Origin: the human T2T-CHM13v2.0 reference genome, Homo sapiens
Assembly: GCF_009914755.1 (NCBI RefSeq)
Contig: NC_060925.1
Reading direction: 5' to 3' (one strand)
DNA: 64,000 bases
Shown: piece after piece, positions 29,642 through 46,069 of the stretch
How the letters are laid out: the number at the start of each line of letters is the position of its first letter
Numbering within the stretch: the stretch's first letter is position 1
Position numbers and translations under genes: made by a program
The notes under the pieces: model-generated
The model's database searches: none
Seen by the model: only the letters and a program-made list of their open reading frames with translations
What the model was told of the DNA's origin: nothing

Positions 29642-29935
29642 GGCCAGGGTGGTTGCTCACGCCTATAACCTCAACACTTCAGGAGGCCAAGGCAAGAAGA
29701 TTGCTTGAGGCCAGGAGGTAGACACTAGTGTGGGCAATATAGCAAAAGCCCATCTCTATAAAAAAAATTTTGTAATTAGTTAAGGTGTGGTGGTGCATGC
29801 CTGTAATCCAGCTACTTGGGAGGCTGAGGAGGAATGATTGCTTAAGGCCAGGAATTCGAGATTGCAGTGAGCTCTATTGTGCATTCCAGCCTGGGCAACA
29901 GAGTAAGACTCTTTCTTTAAAAAACAAAAATATTA
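29642..29935 (+). mobile_element. AluJ-like
   Basis: Diverged Alu dimer. Confidence 0.9.
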
Positions 29936-30747
29936 AAAAATTATCATATGATTAAATATGAGTACTAATTACTGAGAAATTATAACAGTTTTATATAAAA
30001 TATAAATATTATTGTTATTGTATGGTACTCCTTTTTAGGCACTGAGAAGCAAAGAAACAAAGTTGACAAAATACCTACTTACTACTCTCCCATAGGATTC
30101 TTTTCTCTCTTAAAGCTTCCAAAAGTGATAATTTTTCAGTTTGTTCCATATCAGCCAAAATAAGTTAATGTGCTGCAGGGTTGGTGGGCCACAGGCCCTC
30201 TACATCAGTGGTATAGCTGAGTGACATGAGGTAGTCAGGGACTGAGTCAGGACGTAAATCTCATTGACGGACTTCACACTGTAAATCTCATGTCTTGATC
30301 AGCAAGAAGGCAAGGTGATTCACTTACAGTGTGACTTGAGATGTACAATCTTTAAAATCATTTTGCCTCTTTGATGACTAACCGGGAGGATCTTGGGGAC
30401 CCTCATTCACTTTTCTCTAAACTGAGATTTTTCCTAAAGTTTTCCTGGGTCCTGAATTCTAAGAGTCCTAATGTCCAATCATACTTATTTATCCAATGAA
30501 ATATCCAATGATATTTTGTATTTCCCAAAGAATAAAATGTCTTCTGATAGGTATCTCTAACATTTCAGCGACAGAATACAGGGCTTATATTTTGACATAA
30601 TAGCATTTTGATGCAATGTGATCAGGAATAACTTGGTTGGTGAAATTTATAATGATTAAGTCATAATTTTACCATGCTAATACTATTTACTTTATAACTA
30701 TTTTTATGTAATAGTTGGTTTGATTCCTATCATTTGAATTTTCATAA

Positions 30748-31050
<303 letters not shown>

Positions 31051-31136
31051 TGAATAAGGCAGGTAAACTAGAAACTAATGAAAACACTGTTCCTAATATT
31101 AACTGTGCCCTGTGAATTAGTTACCTTTAGTATAAA

Positions 31137-31149
31137 CACACACACACAC

Positions 31150-31180
<31 letters not shown>
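31137..31180. repeat. (CA)n microsatellite
   Basis: Directly visible. Confidence 0.95.
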
Positions 31181-31699
31181 TAAACCAGGCACTACATGTC
31201 ATCATTACTGTTGGAGGACCAGTGCTTCTCATTCCTTTTCTTGTCAACAAATGTTCCTGTGCCTATACCTCTGTCTATGCCAATAACTACTATGTATCTG
31301 TTTGTATATGTCTGTATGCATGTATGTATGTATCTATATCTATTTCTGTTGATTCATTTATTTAATCTATCTCTCTGTCTATTCATCTACCTGTTCATCT
31401 ACCTAATCATCTATTTATCTATTAATTTATTGTTCATCTATCTTGAAAAGTTAGTCATATTGACACATACAGTTTCACTTGAATAGTGTAGGTTTTATTC
31501 CAGTCTTCTCATATTTTATATCTGTATTTTGCTATCCAATTGTGGGTTTCCTTGCCTCACTAGCTTCAATATTTTTACCAATGTCTGCCAGTCTAGGATA
31601 TACAGAAAGCATTGACAACCAATACAAAAACTAATCTGCTATCAACATTTCAATATGTTTAGAGTCCTTAAAGAAGCAAATAATATATATATGCAGTGA

Positions 31700-34600
31700 A
31701 GTGTACATGTTCTACAGTTTTTTCTTGAAGTTTTATAGTTTTAGCCATTCTATGTAGATTTATTAAAATGATCGTATAGTTATCGTCCTTTCTGTTAATG
31801 GGATGCATCACCTTTACTAATTTGCCTATGTTAAACGACCTTTACATTTCTTGGATTAAACCCATTTGATCATAGTGAATGATCTTTTTAATGTGCTGTA
31901 GGATTTGTTTTCCTAGTATAGTGTTGAGGGGTTTTGTACCTATGTTCATCAGGGGATTTTGCCTGTAGTTTTCTTTTTGCGTTGTGTCCTTGTCTGGTTT
32001 TGGTTCCAGAGTAATGTTGGGCCACTAGAATGAGTTAGAAAAATGATCTCCTCATCAAATTTTTGGAGTCGTTTTAGAAGAATTGGTATTAGTCCTTTCT
32101 AAAATGTTGTTATAATTCAGCAATGAAGCCATCAGGTCTTGGATTTTCTTTGATGGGAAACATTTTATTACTGACTTAATCTGTTGCCTCATGATTACTC
32201 TGTTCAGATTTTCTATTTCCTCTGAATTAATCGTCTTAGGCTGTGTGTCTAGAAATTTATCCATTTCTTCTAGGTTATCCAATTTGTTGGCATATAATTG
32301 CTAATAACGGTCTCTCATTATACTTTGTATTTTTGTGATATCAGTTGTAATATCACCCTTTTCATCTCCGATCTTGTGTTTCTTTAAGCCGTATCTCTCT
32401 TTTTTAGTTATTCTGGTTAAAGCTTTGTCAATTTTTGATTATCTAAAAAAAAACTATTTTCATTGATATTTTGTACTGCTTTGGGGGCTCTATTTTACTT
32501 ACTTTTACTCTGATCTTTATGATTTCCATCCTTCTACTAATTTTGGAATTGACTAGTTTGTTCATGTTTTTCTGCTTCTTTGAGGTGTACTACTAGACTG
32601 TTTATTTGAGTTCTTTCCACTTTCTTGATATAGGCAATTATTCCTAAAAACATCCATCTTAGAACTACTTTTGCTGCATCCCATAAGTTTTGCTACGTTT
32701 TGTTTCCATTCTCCTTTACTGAAAATATTTTTAAATTTATTTAAAATGGTTTGACCCTATGATTGTTTCAGAGCATATTGTCTAATTTTCACCTAATTTA
32801 AAATTTTCCATAGTTCCTCCTATTATTGATTTCTCATTTCATACCTTTGTTGTCAGAAAAGTGACTTGATATGATTTCAGTCTTCTTGAATTTGATAAGA
32901 CTTGTTTTGTGGCCTAACATATAACATATTCTGGGGAATATTCTGTGCGCATTTGAGAAGAATATGTGTTTTTTTGTTATGTGGAATGTTCTTTATATGT
33001 CTGTCCAATCTATTTGGTATAAATTATTGTTTAAGTTTAATGTTTCCTTATTGATATTCTGTCTGGATGATCTGTCTCAACGTTGAAAGTAAAATATTGA
33101 TATCCCCTACTATTACTGTGTTGCAGTCCACATCTCCATTCAGATTCCTAAATGTTTCCTTTATATATTTAGTTGCTTTGATGTTGGGTGCATATATAGG
33201 TTTATAATAGTTGTATTATCTTGACAAATTGACCCCACTATCATTATATAATAACTTTCTTTGTACCTTTATACAATTTTTCCCTTGTCTATTTTGTCTG
33301 AAATGAGTATAACTACCCCTGTTCTCTTTTAGTTTTTATTTTTATAGGTTTTTTTCCATGCCTTCACTGCAATCTGTGAATTTACGTTACAGTGAAGTAA
33401 GTCAATTGTAAGCAGTTTATAATTGGATATTAATTTTTGATTTATTTAGTCATTCTATGCCTTTTGATTATAGAATATATTCCATTTCCATTTAAAGTAA
33501 TTTTAGATAGGTAAGGATTTATAGTGGTAATTTGTTAATTGTGTTCTGGTTGTTTTTAAAATTCTTTGTTTCTTTCTTGCTTGCTTTATTCATGGTTTGA
33601 TGACTTTCTGTAGCCATATGCTTAGGATTTTTTCTTTTAATCTTTTGTGTATCTATTAGATGTTTTGCTTTTGGCTATCCTTAGGCTTGCATAGCATACC
33701 TTATAAAAGGCTATTTGAAGTTGTAGTTATCCTTAGGCTTGCATAACATATCTTATAACAGGTATTTTAAGCTGATAGGAACTGAATTTTGATTACATAT
33801 AAAATATCTAAATTTTACTCTGCTCCTCCCATGTTTTCTATTTGATCACATGCTTTGCATCTTTCAATAATTCGTATCTCTTAACAAAGTTTGTAGCTTC
33901 AGCTGTTCTTACCACTTTTGCCTTTTAACCTTTATGCTAGCTGTATTTACCCATCACTATTACAGTATTAGAGTGTTTGAATTTCATATTGTGCTTACTT
34001 TTACTAGTAAGTTTTATACTTTAACATCTTCATGTTACTAATTAGCATCCTCTTCTTTCACCTTCAAGAACTCCCTTTAACATTTCTTGTAAGGCAGGAA
34101 AGTGTCCTTATGCTCTCTCAGCTTTTTTTCAATCTCAGAAAGCCTTTATCACTCCTTTGTTTTTAAGACAGAATAGTGGAATCTAGAATTATTCCTTGGC
34201 AGTTATTTTCTTTCAGAATTTTGAGTATATCATTCCACTTCCTTATGGCCTGCAAGGTTTCTGTTGAGTAATCCACTGATAGTCTTGTGGAAATTCCATT
34301 TTATGTAACCATTCACTTTTCATTGGCTTTTTTCAATACTTCGTCTATAACTTTTGATAATTTGATTGTGTTATGTCTTAAAGTGACTATCTTTCATTAA
34401 ACTTATTTGATTTCCTTTGAGATTTCTGGGTGTGGGTTTCTATTTCTTTCCCAGTTGTTGAAAGTTTTCTGTCATTATTTTTTTGAATATATTTTCTGTA
34501 TCGTTGTGTTTCTTTCTGTTTTTAACATGGTGATAATGCATACGTTATTCCACATGGTAGTATTCCATCTGGATTTTAAGCTATCTTCACTTTTATTTAT

Positions 34601-37600
34601 TTATGTGTTTATTTTGGTTCTCAGATTTGGTGATTTTCAGTAATTTGACTTCAAGTTCACTAATTCCTTCTTCTCCTTCATCTAGTCTGCTGATGAATAC
34701 CTCTTTAAAACTTTTCCGTTCAGTTATAGTATTCTCAAATTTGTGATTTTTGTTTGGTATTTTTAAAATACTTTCTACCTCTTTGTTGAAGTAGTTAATT
34801 TGTTTTTGCATTGCTCTCTTGGTCTCAGTGAGTATCTTTATGACCATTATTTTGAATTCCTTCTTGAGTAAAACACCTATATCCACTTCCCTCAGGTCAA
34901 TTTCTGGAGACTCATCTTGTTCTTTTGTTTGGAGTTATGATATCTTGTTTCTTTATTTTCTTTAACTCACAGTGTTTCTATGCAATAGATAAGACAATGG
35001 CCTTTCTCAGTCTTATCAGACTGGCTTCATATAGGAGAAAGACCTCACTAATTTTTCCAGCCAGAGATTTTCATGTGCCTCTCAAGTCTTTGTGCGGACT
35101 GCTGTCTCTTATTTTTTGTGGCCCCCTGGAGGTTAGAATGTGCCACATCTTTTCAGGACCTGGGACCAACAAGTTAGGAGCCAGGAGGTCTAGATGTAGC
35201 TGAAAATATTGAAGACTTGGCTGTGTATTTACTTACTTCTATTTTCATAGTGAAAGTGAATGTGCGTGTTTATCTCCCACTCTCTCTCTGTATTACACCA
35301 AGTAAAGAATCTGTGGCTAATACCTGTACTAATATTCAGGCTGCATGCTCTGATCCTGAAGAGGTATCTGCTTGAAATGAGTCCATTGTATTACCAGCTT
35401 TTTGTATTCTGTGATGTAGGGCCTTTCAGGAATGCAGATCTCTATCATCTCCCAGTGTGAGTTTGTTAAGGAGACGATCTCTTGAGTTGGAGCTATAGAA
35501 GTGATGACCTTTGAATGCATGGCTAAACTTGGTCCAGGAAGAATGGATAAATCTGAATTTATCATTGGGGCGAGACTCATGAAGTGCCAAACTTTGGCTT
35601 TGGCTGCGGGAAGATTATTTTTTGTTTGCGTCATTAGATACCCTGTGCAAGCTCGATAGAGGCCAGTTCATTAAGTAGCCAGTGGAAGTATGTGCCCTAA
35701 GCCCTTTCGACAGAGAAATGGAAATTGAACTTTCTCTTTCCTTTTCTGCACTGCTCCAATTTGGCATAGCGCCTGGAGTTTTTACATAGCATTTTAAGAC
35801 CATCTATTTGCTTTACGATCTATGGAGACTGGTATTTTTCTAATATCTGCTGTGACAGTTAAGAGTTTTAAGAGGAGTCCTTTTGGAGGTAACTGTAAAG
35901 GTTGTAGCACTTGATGGATGACACAAACCTTTTTGAGGATAAACAGGGGAGCTGCATTTTAAAAACCTTTTCTCTGCACTGCTCTTGGGCAATGAAGCTC
36001 CTGGAAGTGCTTACACACCCATATAAAACGCCATTTCTTTTTTCAGTGGTCTAGATAGACTCTGGATATATTTTGTGCCCTCTACTCCCAGAACTAAGAG
36101 TTTTAGAATACAGTCCCTGAATGAAAGTTGTAAAAGTTAGGGCACTCAAGTTTGTGTGGACAAACTTGTTCTAAGAGTGATTAATGTACCTGGATGTATC
36201 ACTGGGGTGAGCCACGGGAACCGGCTAGAGAAGTGCCTGATGCAAGTTCATTAGAATCCAGACTGCAAGTTTTTTAGAATTCAGACCTCTAAGTAGCCAC
36301 AGGAAGAATATATCATAAAACTTCTCGGGAGAAACAGGGGACTGTTTTTTCAGCCCCTTCTCTGAACTGCTATTAAGGAATGAAGTTTCTGGAAGCTCTT
36401 CAGCACTTGTATCATACCACCATTTTTCCTGTGATCTAGAGAGACTCTCATGTGTTTAATCTCCTCTGCTTCCAAAATTAGTGAATTAAAGGCCAAAACA
36501 CAGGATGCTTTATGTGAGATCCAAAAACTTCTCCACAAGGAGAAACTGGGTTTTTGAGATTCCTTTTCTAATTGTGTGGTGCAGTGAACAAGGCTGGGGT
36601 CCATGCTCCATTGTGTTGCAACTTTTCTTACTTGTTCAATGTGAATGTTGTCTTTGTTGCCTGTTAAGTAGGAGTCCCTTTACTGGTCTTTCATTTTCTT
36701 TCAGGAGGAGTTCATTTATGAATAGATGTTTTTTTAGGACATTCTTGGGTGGAAGAAGAGTCAGGAGCTTCCACTTCTGCCATTTTGCTGACATCACTCC
36801 CTGCCTAGCTCTTTATTTTACCCCCAGGAAACTAGAGTATTGCAGGTATCGTTAAGTGCTCCTACACAAGCAAGAGAGAAACCTGTACTTTAGGATGCTC
36901 CCCCAAAAGCTAGGATGATAGATGCTTAGTTCACTCTTATCTTTCCTCTCTGAGGGAGAAGCAGTCAAAATATATTGGTCTCTGTTTACTTTAGGGGATT
37001 GCAGGAGGCTTTGAACTGGTTTCTTGATTTCTCATAAAGGGAATTGTTTCCAGTATCGTCATTGAATCAGTGTGCCTGTGGGGGGAAGGGAGAGTGGTGG
37101 CTTCCTATACTGGCATCGTGCTGATGTCACTGCCCTCTTTCATCCTCAATATTGATCATTTTTTAAATCTTGATCATTGTTTTTACTTTGTCCTCAATTT
37201 TATTAATATTTTCAAAAACCAATTGTAATGCCTTTAAATTTTCTCCATTTGCTCTGTATTTTTTAGTTTTATTATGTTTTACTGATTTTAGCTTTGCTAA
37301 TTTTCTCCCTTCTCTGTGTTTCTTTGTCCATTTTCTCTTCTTCACTGATTTTACTGTTTTCTTCCTTCTGATGACTTCAGTTTTAATTTCACTTTTCTCA
37401 ATCTTAGGGTGAAAAATGAAAACATGGTCATAAACTATCATACTTTGAAAATATAAAACTTTAAAGCTCTATTCTTTTAAGCACTGCTTTAGCTATGTCC
37501 CAGAATGTTACACACGTGTGTGTGTGTATGTTCTATGTGTCGGGAGACAGAGAGAGAGAGTTCATTTTTATTTGATTTGAAATATTTTCTCATTTGTCTT

Positions 37601-37860
37601 GTGGTTTGTCTGTTGATGATTAATTATATGGAAGTTTATTGTTTAATTTCAAAATATTTGTTTTTTTCTAGATAAGTGATTTTTGCTGGTTTCTAATTTA
37701 ATTCTCTTGTGAAAGAATACTGGGAAAATTTCAGTATTTTGAAACACTCAGTTTTTTAATTGCTCAGCACATAGTCTACCTTGCTAACGGTTCTATTTAC
37801 AAATAAAAATATGCATACACACTAAATGTAGAATTAGGCTATACTGGGTTACAATGTTCT
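31700..37860 (-). mobile_element. Old L1M element(s): ORF2 5' half, ORF1 and 5' region
   Basis: Minus-strand remnants [12 protein letters not shown] (ORF2) and KEFKIMVIKIL...ISRLDEGEEGISELE (ORF1). Confidence 0.8.
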
Positions 37861-39234
37861 TCAAATTTATTTGCCATGTCACAAAATGTTAAATAATCTC
37901 TTTCTTAATTGTTTACTATCAGAAAATACTTTAAATTAAATAATAATGATTGTGGTACACATTAAAATCAATGGGATACAGCTGAAACAGAGATGTATTT
38001 AGCATTATAACATGCATCAGAAAAAACAAATAAAAAAATAAAAGCAACAGGTACTACAATCTAGAAGGTAGACAGGAATGTACACCCAACAAAAATAGAA
38101 GGAAAGAATCATTCAAGCATAAATAGTTGACCATTAATCTTAAGAAAAATAAATTGATGAGAATGTTAAAAACATGTCAAAATATTGAAAAACAGAAATA
38201 AGCAAAATACTTTTGATAAATATGAAATACTTTATCATAAGCGAAAAAAGAAAACTCGACATTATCAATAACCTTTAATGAAGTTTTGTTCATCCAAACG
38301 TCTCCATGAATTGATAACAAAATGTCAGACACTTAAAATCATTGCCATGATTTCCTATAGTACGATTACATAAAGCTTTAGGTGAAGTAGAGCATACACT
38401 ATGATAGGAGAAAGGAAAATCAAGGGATTATAGAATGCTCCCAGATGCTTCTAAACTCCCCCGTCAGTCAAACAGGACATGCTTCATTTTCATATTATGA
38501 AAAAATGAGATATTTCTGATGTATCGCAGTTTAACAGGAGCTTAGCTGTGAGTTTACAAAGGTGTCTTTATATGTGATTATACAACTAAAGCCAGGCTGT
38601 GCAATGCATTAAACTGGGTGCATAACATCCATTTAAATATCCCTAAACAGTACAGGTAAGCTAGTAAATAAAAGCTCTAGGGGAGTTTCAAGTTTTAAAT
38701 AGCACACTATAAATCACTAGTGATTATATTTAATGCTTATATTGGTCAAGTGTCAGTACCAAATTGATTATTAACTACATATAATTCTACTTCTGGCTAA
38801 TCAGATTCCATTGGCAGAAAATTTGTGAGTGTTTTAATCCAATCCTGATACATTTGATTATAGATATCAATTTTTATTTAATGCATGTAATTAAGAGTGT
38901 GTAATTCCATTAAAACATTCTAAAGGCTCAAAATAATTAAAATCAATATTACATAAATTATGCAAATTTATTAAACAAAGAATATATGAAAAAACTACAA
39001 GAAAGTCTATGAGAATACAAGCCAAAAGTTCTATTGTTTAATGTAACTGTTACACAGCTGAAAAGTATAATATTTGCATACAAAAACATCATAATTAATA
39101 TGTGATAATTTATGAAACAGTTATTGATCTTTCTATTTATTCTATTTTAATCATATAAATTATTTTTCATCAAAAATTCTAATTTTAATATTTTTATTTT
39201 TTATTTTTTATTATAAAATTAATTATATTTTTAA

Positions 39235-39432
<198 letters not shown>

Positions 39433-39825
39433 TAGTGTATAATTTGTTTTACATAATTCTTTCAAATGAGGTTAATATTCTCTTGTGCTTCGTGTAAACA
39501 AGAGAGAAGTTCTTTCTCTGTGTCTATTACTTTATCCTGACAAAATAAATTAGGACCTAGGCACATTAATCAATCACCACTCTTTCAGTTTTTTGAACAA
39601 AATACAGCCAAAATCTTTGGAATATTATGTAAATGTCAGATAACATTTCCATTCATGCATATTTTAATCCTTGTGATGAACAAGACATGAATGAAGATGA
39701 TTATTGAACAAGAGGATGGTAACATAGATATGGTGGAGGAATATATCTTTGCGAGTTTCTAATATGTTTTTGTTTTTAAATAATTTTATTTGTTCAAATT
39801 ATACTCACTTTAAAATCCGAAATAG

Positions 39826-40083
<258 letters not shown>

Positions 40084-40322
40084 TAGGCCAATATGAATAC
40101 TCAATTTCTGTTTATAGTAGAATTCATAAAAATAATCTCTTGTTATCAAAGTGAGGGGAATAATTGAGATTACTGCATATATAAAATAATTTATATATTA
40201 TACCATTAAAATACTTTTTGCATGATTGAATCTATTCTATTTATGTTAATTTTATTTGTTCATGATAGAGTCACTTTGTATTCTGGCATTAAAAAATAAT
40301 ATCTAGTGAAATTAAACCTATC

Positions 40323-42625
40323 TGTATTATTCTCATGCTGCCATAAAGAACTGCCCAATACTGGATAATTTATACATACAAAAAAAGGTTTAATTGGCTC
40401 ACTGTTCTGCATGGCTGAGGAGGTCTTAGGAAACTTACAATCATGGTGGAGGGAGAAGCAAACGCATGAAGACAGGAAGGAGAAGTTCTGACCAAAGGGA
40501 AAAGGCCCTTATAAAACCATTAGATCTCATGAAAACACACTCACTATCCTGAGAACAGAAGCATGGGGATAACTGCCCCCATTATTCAACTACTTCCTAC
40601 TGAGTCCCTCCCACAAAACATGGAGATTATGGGAAGTACAATTCAAATTGTTATTTGGTTGGAGATACAGTCAAATCCTATCATTCCACCATGGCCTATC
40701 CCAAGTCTATGTCCTCACAATTCAAAACACAATCATGCCTTCCCAACAGTCCTCCAAATCTTAACTTATTCCAGCATTAACTCAAAAGTTCATATCCAAA
40801 GTCTCATCTGAGACAAGGCAAGTCCTCTCTGCTTATGAGCCTGTAAAATCAAAAGCAAGTTGGTTATTTCCTAGACACAATGGGGGTACAGGGATTGGGT
40901 AAATGCTTCCATTCCAAAAGGGAGGAAATGGCTGAAACAAAGTGGCTATATGCTTGATGGAAGTCTGAAATTTAATAGGGCAGTCATTAAACCTTAAATT
41001 TCCAAGATTATCTCCTTTGACTCCATGTCTCACATTCAGGTCATGCTGATGCAAGAGATGGGCTCCCACAGCCTTGTGCAGATGTGGCTTTGTCCCCCTC
41101 CTGGTTGCTTTCATGGGCTGGCATTGAGTGTCTGTGGCTTTTCCAGGAACATAGTGCAAGCTATTGATGGATCTACCATTCTGGGGCTTCAATGATTGTG
41201 GTCCTGTTCTCACAGCTCCACAAGGCAGTGCCTCAGTGGGGACTCTATGTGAGGGCTCTGACCCCACATTTCCTTTCCTCAATGGCCTAGCAGAGGTTCT
41301 CCATGTGGGCTCCCCCCTGCAGCAAACTTCTGCCTGGACATCCAGGTATTTTCATATATCCTCTGCAACCTAGTTGTAGGTTCCCAAACCTCAATTCTTG
41401 ACTTGTGTGCACCCACAGGCCCAAGACTACATGTAATCCACCAAGGCTTGGGGTTTCACCCTTTGAGGCAATGGACCAAGCTGTTTGTTGGCCCCTTTTA
41501 GCCACAGCTGGAGCTGAAGCAGCTGGGATACAGTCCTGAGGCTGCATAGAGCAGCAGGGACCTGATCCAGGTCCATCAAACCATTTTTCCCTCCTGGGCT
41601 TCTGGGCCTGTGATGGGTGGGGGTGTCATGAAGGCCTCTGACATGCCCCGGAGATATATTCCCCATTGTCTTGGTGATTAACTTTGGCTCCTTATTATTT
41701 TTGCAAATTTCTGCAGCAGGCTTGAATTTCTCCCCAGAAAAATGAAGTTTTATTTTCTATTGCATTTACAAGCTGCACATTTTCCAAACTTTTATGCTCT
41801 GCTTCCTCTTGAGCTCTTTGCCACTTAGAAGTTTATTCTGCCAGATACCCTAAATCATCTCTCTCAAGTTCAAAGTTCCACAGATCTCTAAGGCAGGGCA
41901 ATATGCCACCAGTCTCTTTGCATAGCAGGAGTGACCTTTACTCCAGTTTCAAACAAGTTCCTCACCTCATCTTCATCTGTGACCACCCCATCCTGGACTT
42001 CATTGTCCATATCACTGTGAGTATTTTGGTCAAAGCCATTCAACAAGCCTCTAGGAAGTGCCAAACTTTCCCACATCTTGTCTTCTGAGCCGTCCAACTC
42101 CCTAGGAAGTTCCAAACATTTTAACATTCTCCTGTCTTCTTCTGACCCCTCCAAATGGTTCTAACCCCTGCCTGTTATCCAGTTCCAAAGCTGCTTCCAC
42201 ATTTTTGGTTATCTTTACAGCAGCACCCTACTCTCTGCAGTACCAATTTACTGTATTAGTCTGTTATCATGCTGCTATAAAGAACTACCCAAGACTGCAT
42301 AATTTATAAAGGAAAGAGGTGTAATTGACTCACAATTCCACATGGCTGGGAGGCCTCAGGAAACTTACAACCCTGGTGGAAGGGTAAGCAAACATGTCCT
42401 TCTTCACATGATGACAGGAAGGAGAAGTGCAAAGCAAAGACAGAAAAGCTCCTTATAAAACCATCAGATCTCAGGAGAACTCACGCAGTATCATGAGAAC
42501 AGCAGCAGAGGAATAATCGCCCTCATGATTCAATTTTCTCCCACCAGGTCCCATCCACAACACGTGAGGATTATGGCAATTGCAATTCACGATGAGATTT
42601 GGGTGGGGACACAGCTAAACCTGTT
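40323..42625 (-). mobile_element. Full THE1 (C/D-like) MaLR element: LTR - internal - LTR
   Basis: LTR copies at about 40323-40683 and 42252-42625 (catgctgc.ataaagaact.ccc) flanking about 1.6 kb of THE1 internal sequence. Confidence 0.92.
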
Positions 42626-42996
42626 CTGCAAGTTGTCATGTTTGCTTTGCCACTATGTTTTAAAACTTCTTTTACATTCTTCCCACAATGCCCCTTCTTA
42701 TTTCCTACAATATATTATGTTTTACCTGGAATCGTTAACTCTCAATGTGTATCTTATTATCACTAGTAAGTTTACAGAGGCATTGTTTACCAGGCATAGA
42801 TGATCTCTTTCTGAAATGTATTGCTATTTTTAGTTTCAAGTCCTTCTTCAGTTGGTGACAGTCCGATAGACAGACAGACACCAGAAGGCTAGTTTTAGGA
42901 AACATTTGTGTTACTTCTCTGTGATGTCATAGTAGCTCCTGTATTGTTTATTTTCAAATAAAACTACTTAATATTAAAACAGGCATATAAAATTAA

Positions 42997-43224
<228 letters not shown>

Positions 43225-43636
43225 TGAATTTTATTATATGTATGATAAATATTCTTCATTCAAAGTGTAAGTGGTACCAATAAGAAAGTAAACAGGGACT
43301 CTAGAAATTCATAAGGTTTTCTTGAATATTCTGGACTGCTGTGGGAAATTATAGCTGTAGTAATTAAAACATTTGACATTATAAGCCAAATTAGTTCATT
43401 TTCACATCATCTTGTGTGAACTTTAAGCATCCTCTGATGTATATTCTCAGACTTCTCATCTCTGTTCTTAGGGCACAGCTGCCTCTACTCATCAATCTCC
43501 ACATTATTCAATCTTCTGTCAGTTTATCAACAATCTGCCTATAAGTACATTTTCTGAAATATTTTAAAAAATCATTATAAGTATTTCACATTTGATAGAA
43601 GCAAAAAATTTGGAAATGCACACACAATATAGGTGG

Positions 43637-44002
43637 TGTATTATTCCGTTTTCACACTGCTGTAAAGACCTTCCTGAGACTGGGTAATTTATAAAAGAAA
43701 AAATTTTAATTGATCACAGTTCCTCATGACTGAGGAGGTGTCATGAAACTTACCATTACCGCTGAAGGGGAAGCAGGCACCTTCTTCACAAGGTGGCAGG
43801 AGAGAGAGGAGTGAGTGAAGGAGGAACTTCTAAACAGTTATTAAATCATCATATCTTGTGAGAACTCACTCACCATCGTGAGAACAGCATGTGGGAAACT
43901 GCCACCATGATCCAATCACTTCCCACCAGGTCTCTCTCTCAACACCTGGAGATTATTATTCAAGATGAGATTTGGGTGAGGACACAAAGCCTAACCATAT
44001 CA
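43637..44002 (-). mobile_element. MaLR solo LTR (THE1D/MSTA-like)
   Basis: TG...CA termini with 5-bp TSD GGTGG at 43632-43636 and 44003-44007. Confidence 0.92.
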
Positions 44003-44295
44003 GGTGGCAAGTATGGACAAAAATAATGTGAACAAAAAAATGTGTAATCTCAATTGCTACGGCTACCAATATTTCTTCAGTCTTCTAATATCATTTCTAT
44101 CTTGTATTTTTAATAGATTTAGAAGAATTTAATGTAATTAAGACAAAATGGCTAATATATTTTCTCAAGTTATAAGAAAAATGTTGTACAGTATTCATTG
44201 ATTCTACATATCGCTATTTTAGAATCCATTACATGTATTGTATGTAACCTATTTTTAAAGATTTGCGGAACAAATACATATTTTTCCTATTTCAG

Positions 44296-44472
44296 AAACA
44301 GATTGTCTCAGTTTACCTAGCTTTGAAAATGCCATACCCATGGGAGAGAAGAAGGATGTGTATAAGGCGGGTGAGCAAGTGACTTACACTTGTGCAACAT
44401 ATTACAAAATGGATGGAGCCAGTAATGTAACATGCATTAATAGCAGATGGACAGGAAGGCCAACATGCAGAG
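44296..44472 (+). CDS. CFH: Factor H SCR17 exon (177 nt)
   Basis: ttcag|AAACAGAT...TGCAGAG|gtact; [15 protein letters not shown]...WTGRPTCR. Confidence 0.98.
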
Positions 44473-44491
44473 GTACTTTGGTGAATTTTCA

Positions 44492-44840
<349 letters not shown>

Positions 44841-44989
44841 TTATTTATATAGAGTGTTTTGGGAATAAAATATAGAATTGTCTCTAACATCATTAAAATG
44901 GACATAAATTAAGTTTTTACGGCAGGACAAAGTAGTCGTATGCCTAAAAATAAAAAGATGGAACTGAGTATTTGATGATTAATCTTAGC

Positions 44990-45180
44990 TCAATAGTTCT
45001 CAAAGTGTGGTCGCTAAACCGGTAGCATCATCATCTTCTTGGAGATTGTTTGAAATGAAAATAAAATTCCGTAAGCTCATTCTAGACATCCAGAATCAAA
45101 AGTCTCAAAGTAAAACCCTGAAACTGTTTTACCAACACCTCCAGGGAATTCTATTTACACTTCCGAGTGAGAAGCATTGC
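44990..45180. mobile_element. MER5A-like hAT DNA transposon
   Basis: Ends caatagttctcaaagtgtggtc ... gtgagaagcattg (imperfect terminal inverted repeats). Confidence 0.7.
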
Positions 45181-45805
45181 TATAGTCTATTCACTACACA
45201 TGGATATGAAACTCTCTGATGAATTTTGCATTGTTCAGCATAATATCCTTAATCATTGGCAATTAAATTATCTGAGGTTATTTTTATTATTATAGGCTTT
45301 TTAAAAAAATTTTTCCACATCTCCAATTTGGATCCTTTGATTAACCATTCTTCCTCCTTTTAACTTGGGTAATTTTCAAAATGTGTTTTTAATTCTTTGC
45401 TTATTCGCTAAGAAAATGCCTATTTGAGTTTATTTTTAAGAGGCTAAAATGTATAAGCAGGATGATTGCAAACAAAAATCTGGTATCACATAATCTATTT
45501 ATGCTGACTTTTTGCATTTTATAAATTAATGTTAAATAAATAGAACTGGTAATATTTGTTTACTCAAACTCAAAGAGAGATATCCAGGAAAACTTTCGTT
45601 TACACTGGCTTCCAGAAGGGAAAAATAAAGGTCTATCAGTGTTCTAGCGAAGGATGAAGAAGAAATTTAAAACATCAACGCTTGTACCTTACAAAAAATA
45701 GTTTCATGTCTTTTCCTCAATATTACATTTAAATTTATTAAAATCAACAAAATATTTGATGAGATTGTCTACTTATTTTAAATTCGTCTTGAAATATATT
45801 TGTAA

Positions 45806-46069
<264 letters not shown>

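Noticed and set aside
33676-33773. Roughly 53-bp imperfect duplication (tatccttaggcttgcata...)
   Set aside because: Old local duplication within a decayed L1, with no sign of function.
40833-42154. 149-aa and neighbouring minus-strand ORFs
   Set aside because: Fragments of the decayed THE1 internal ORF.
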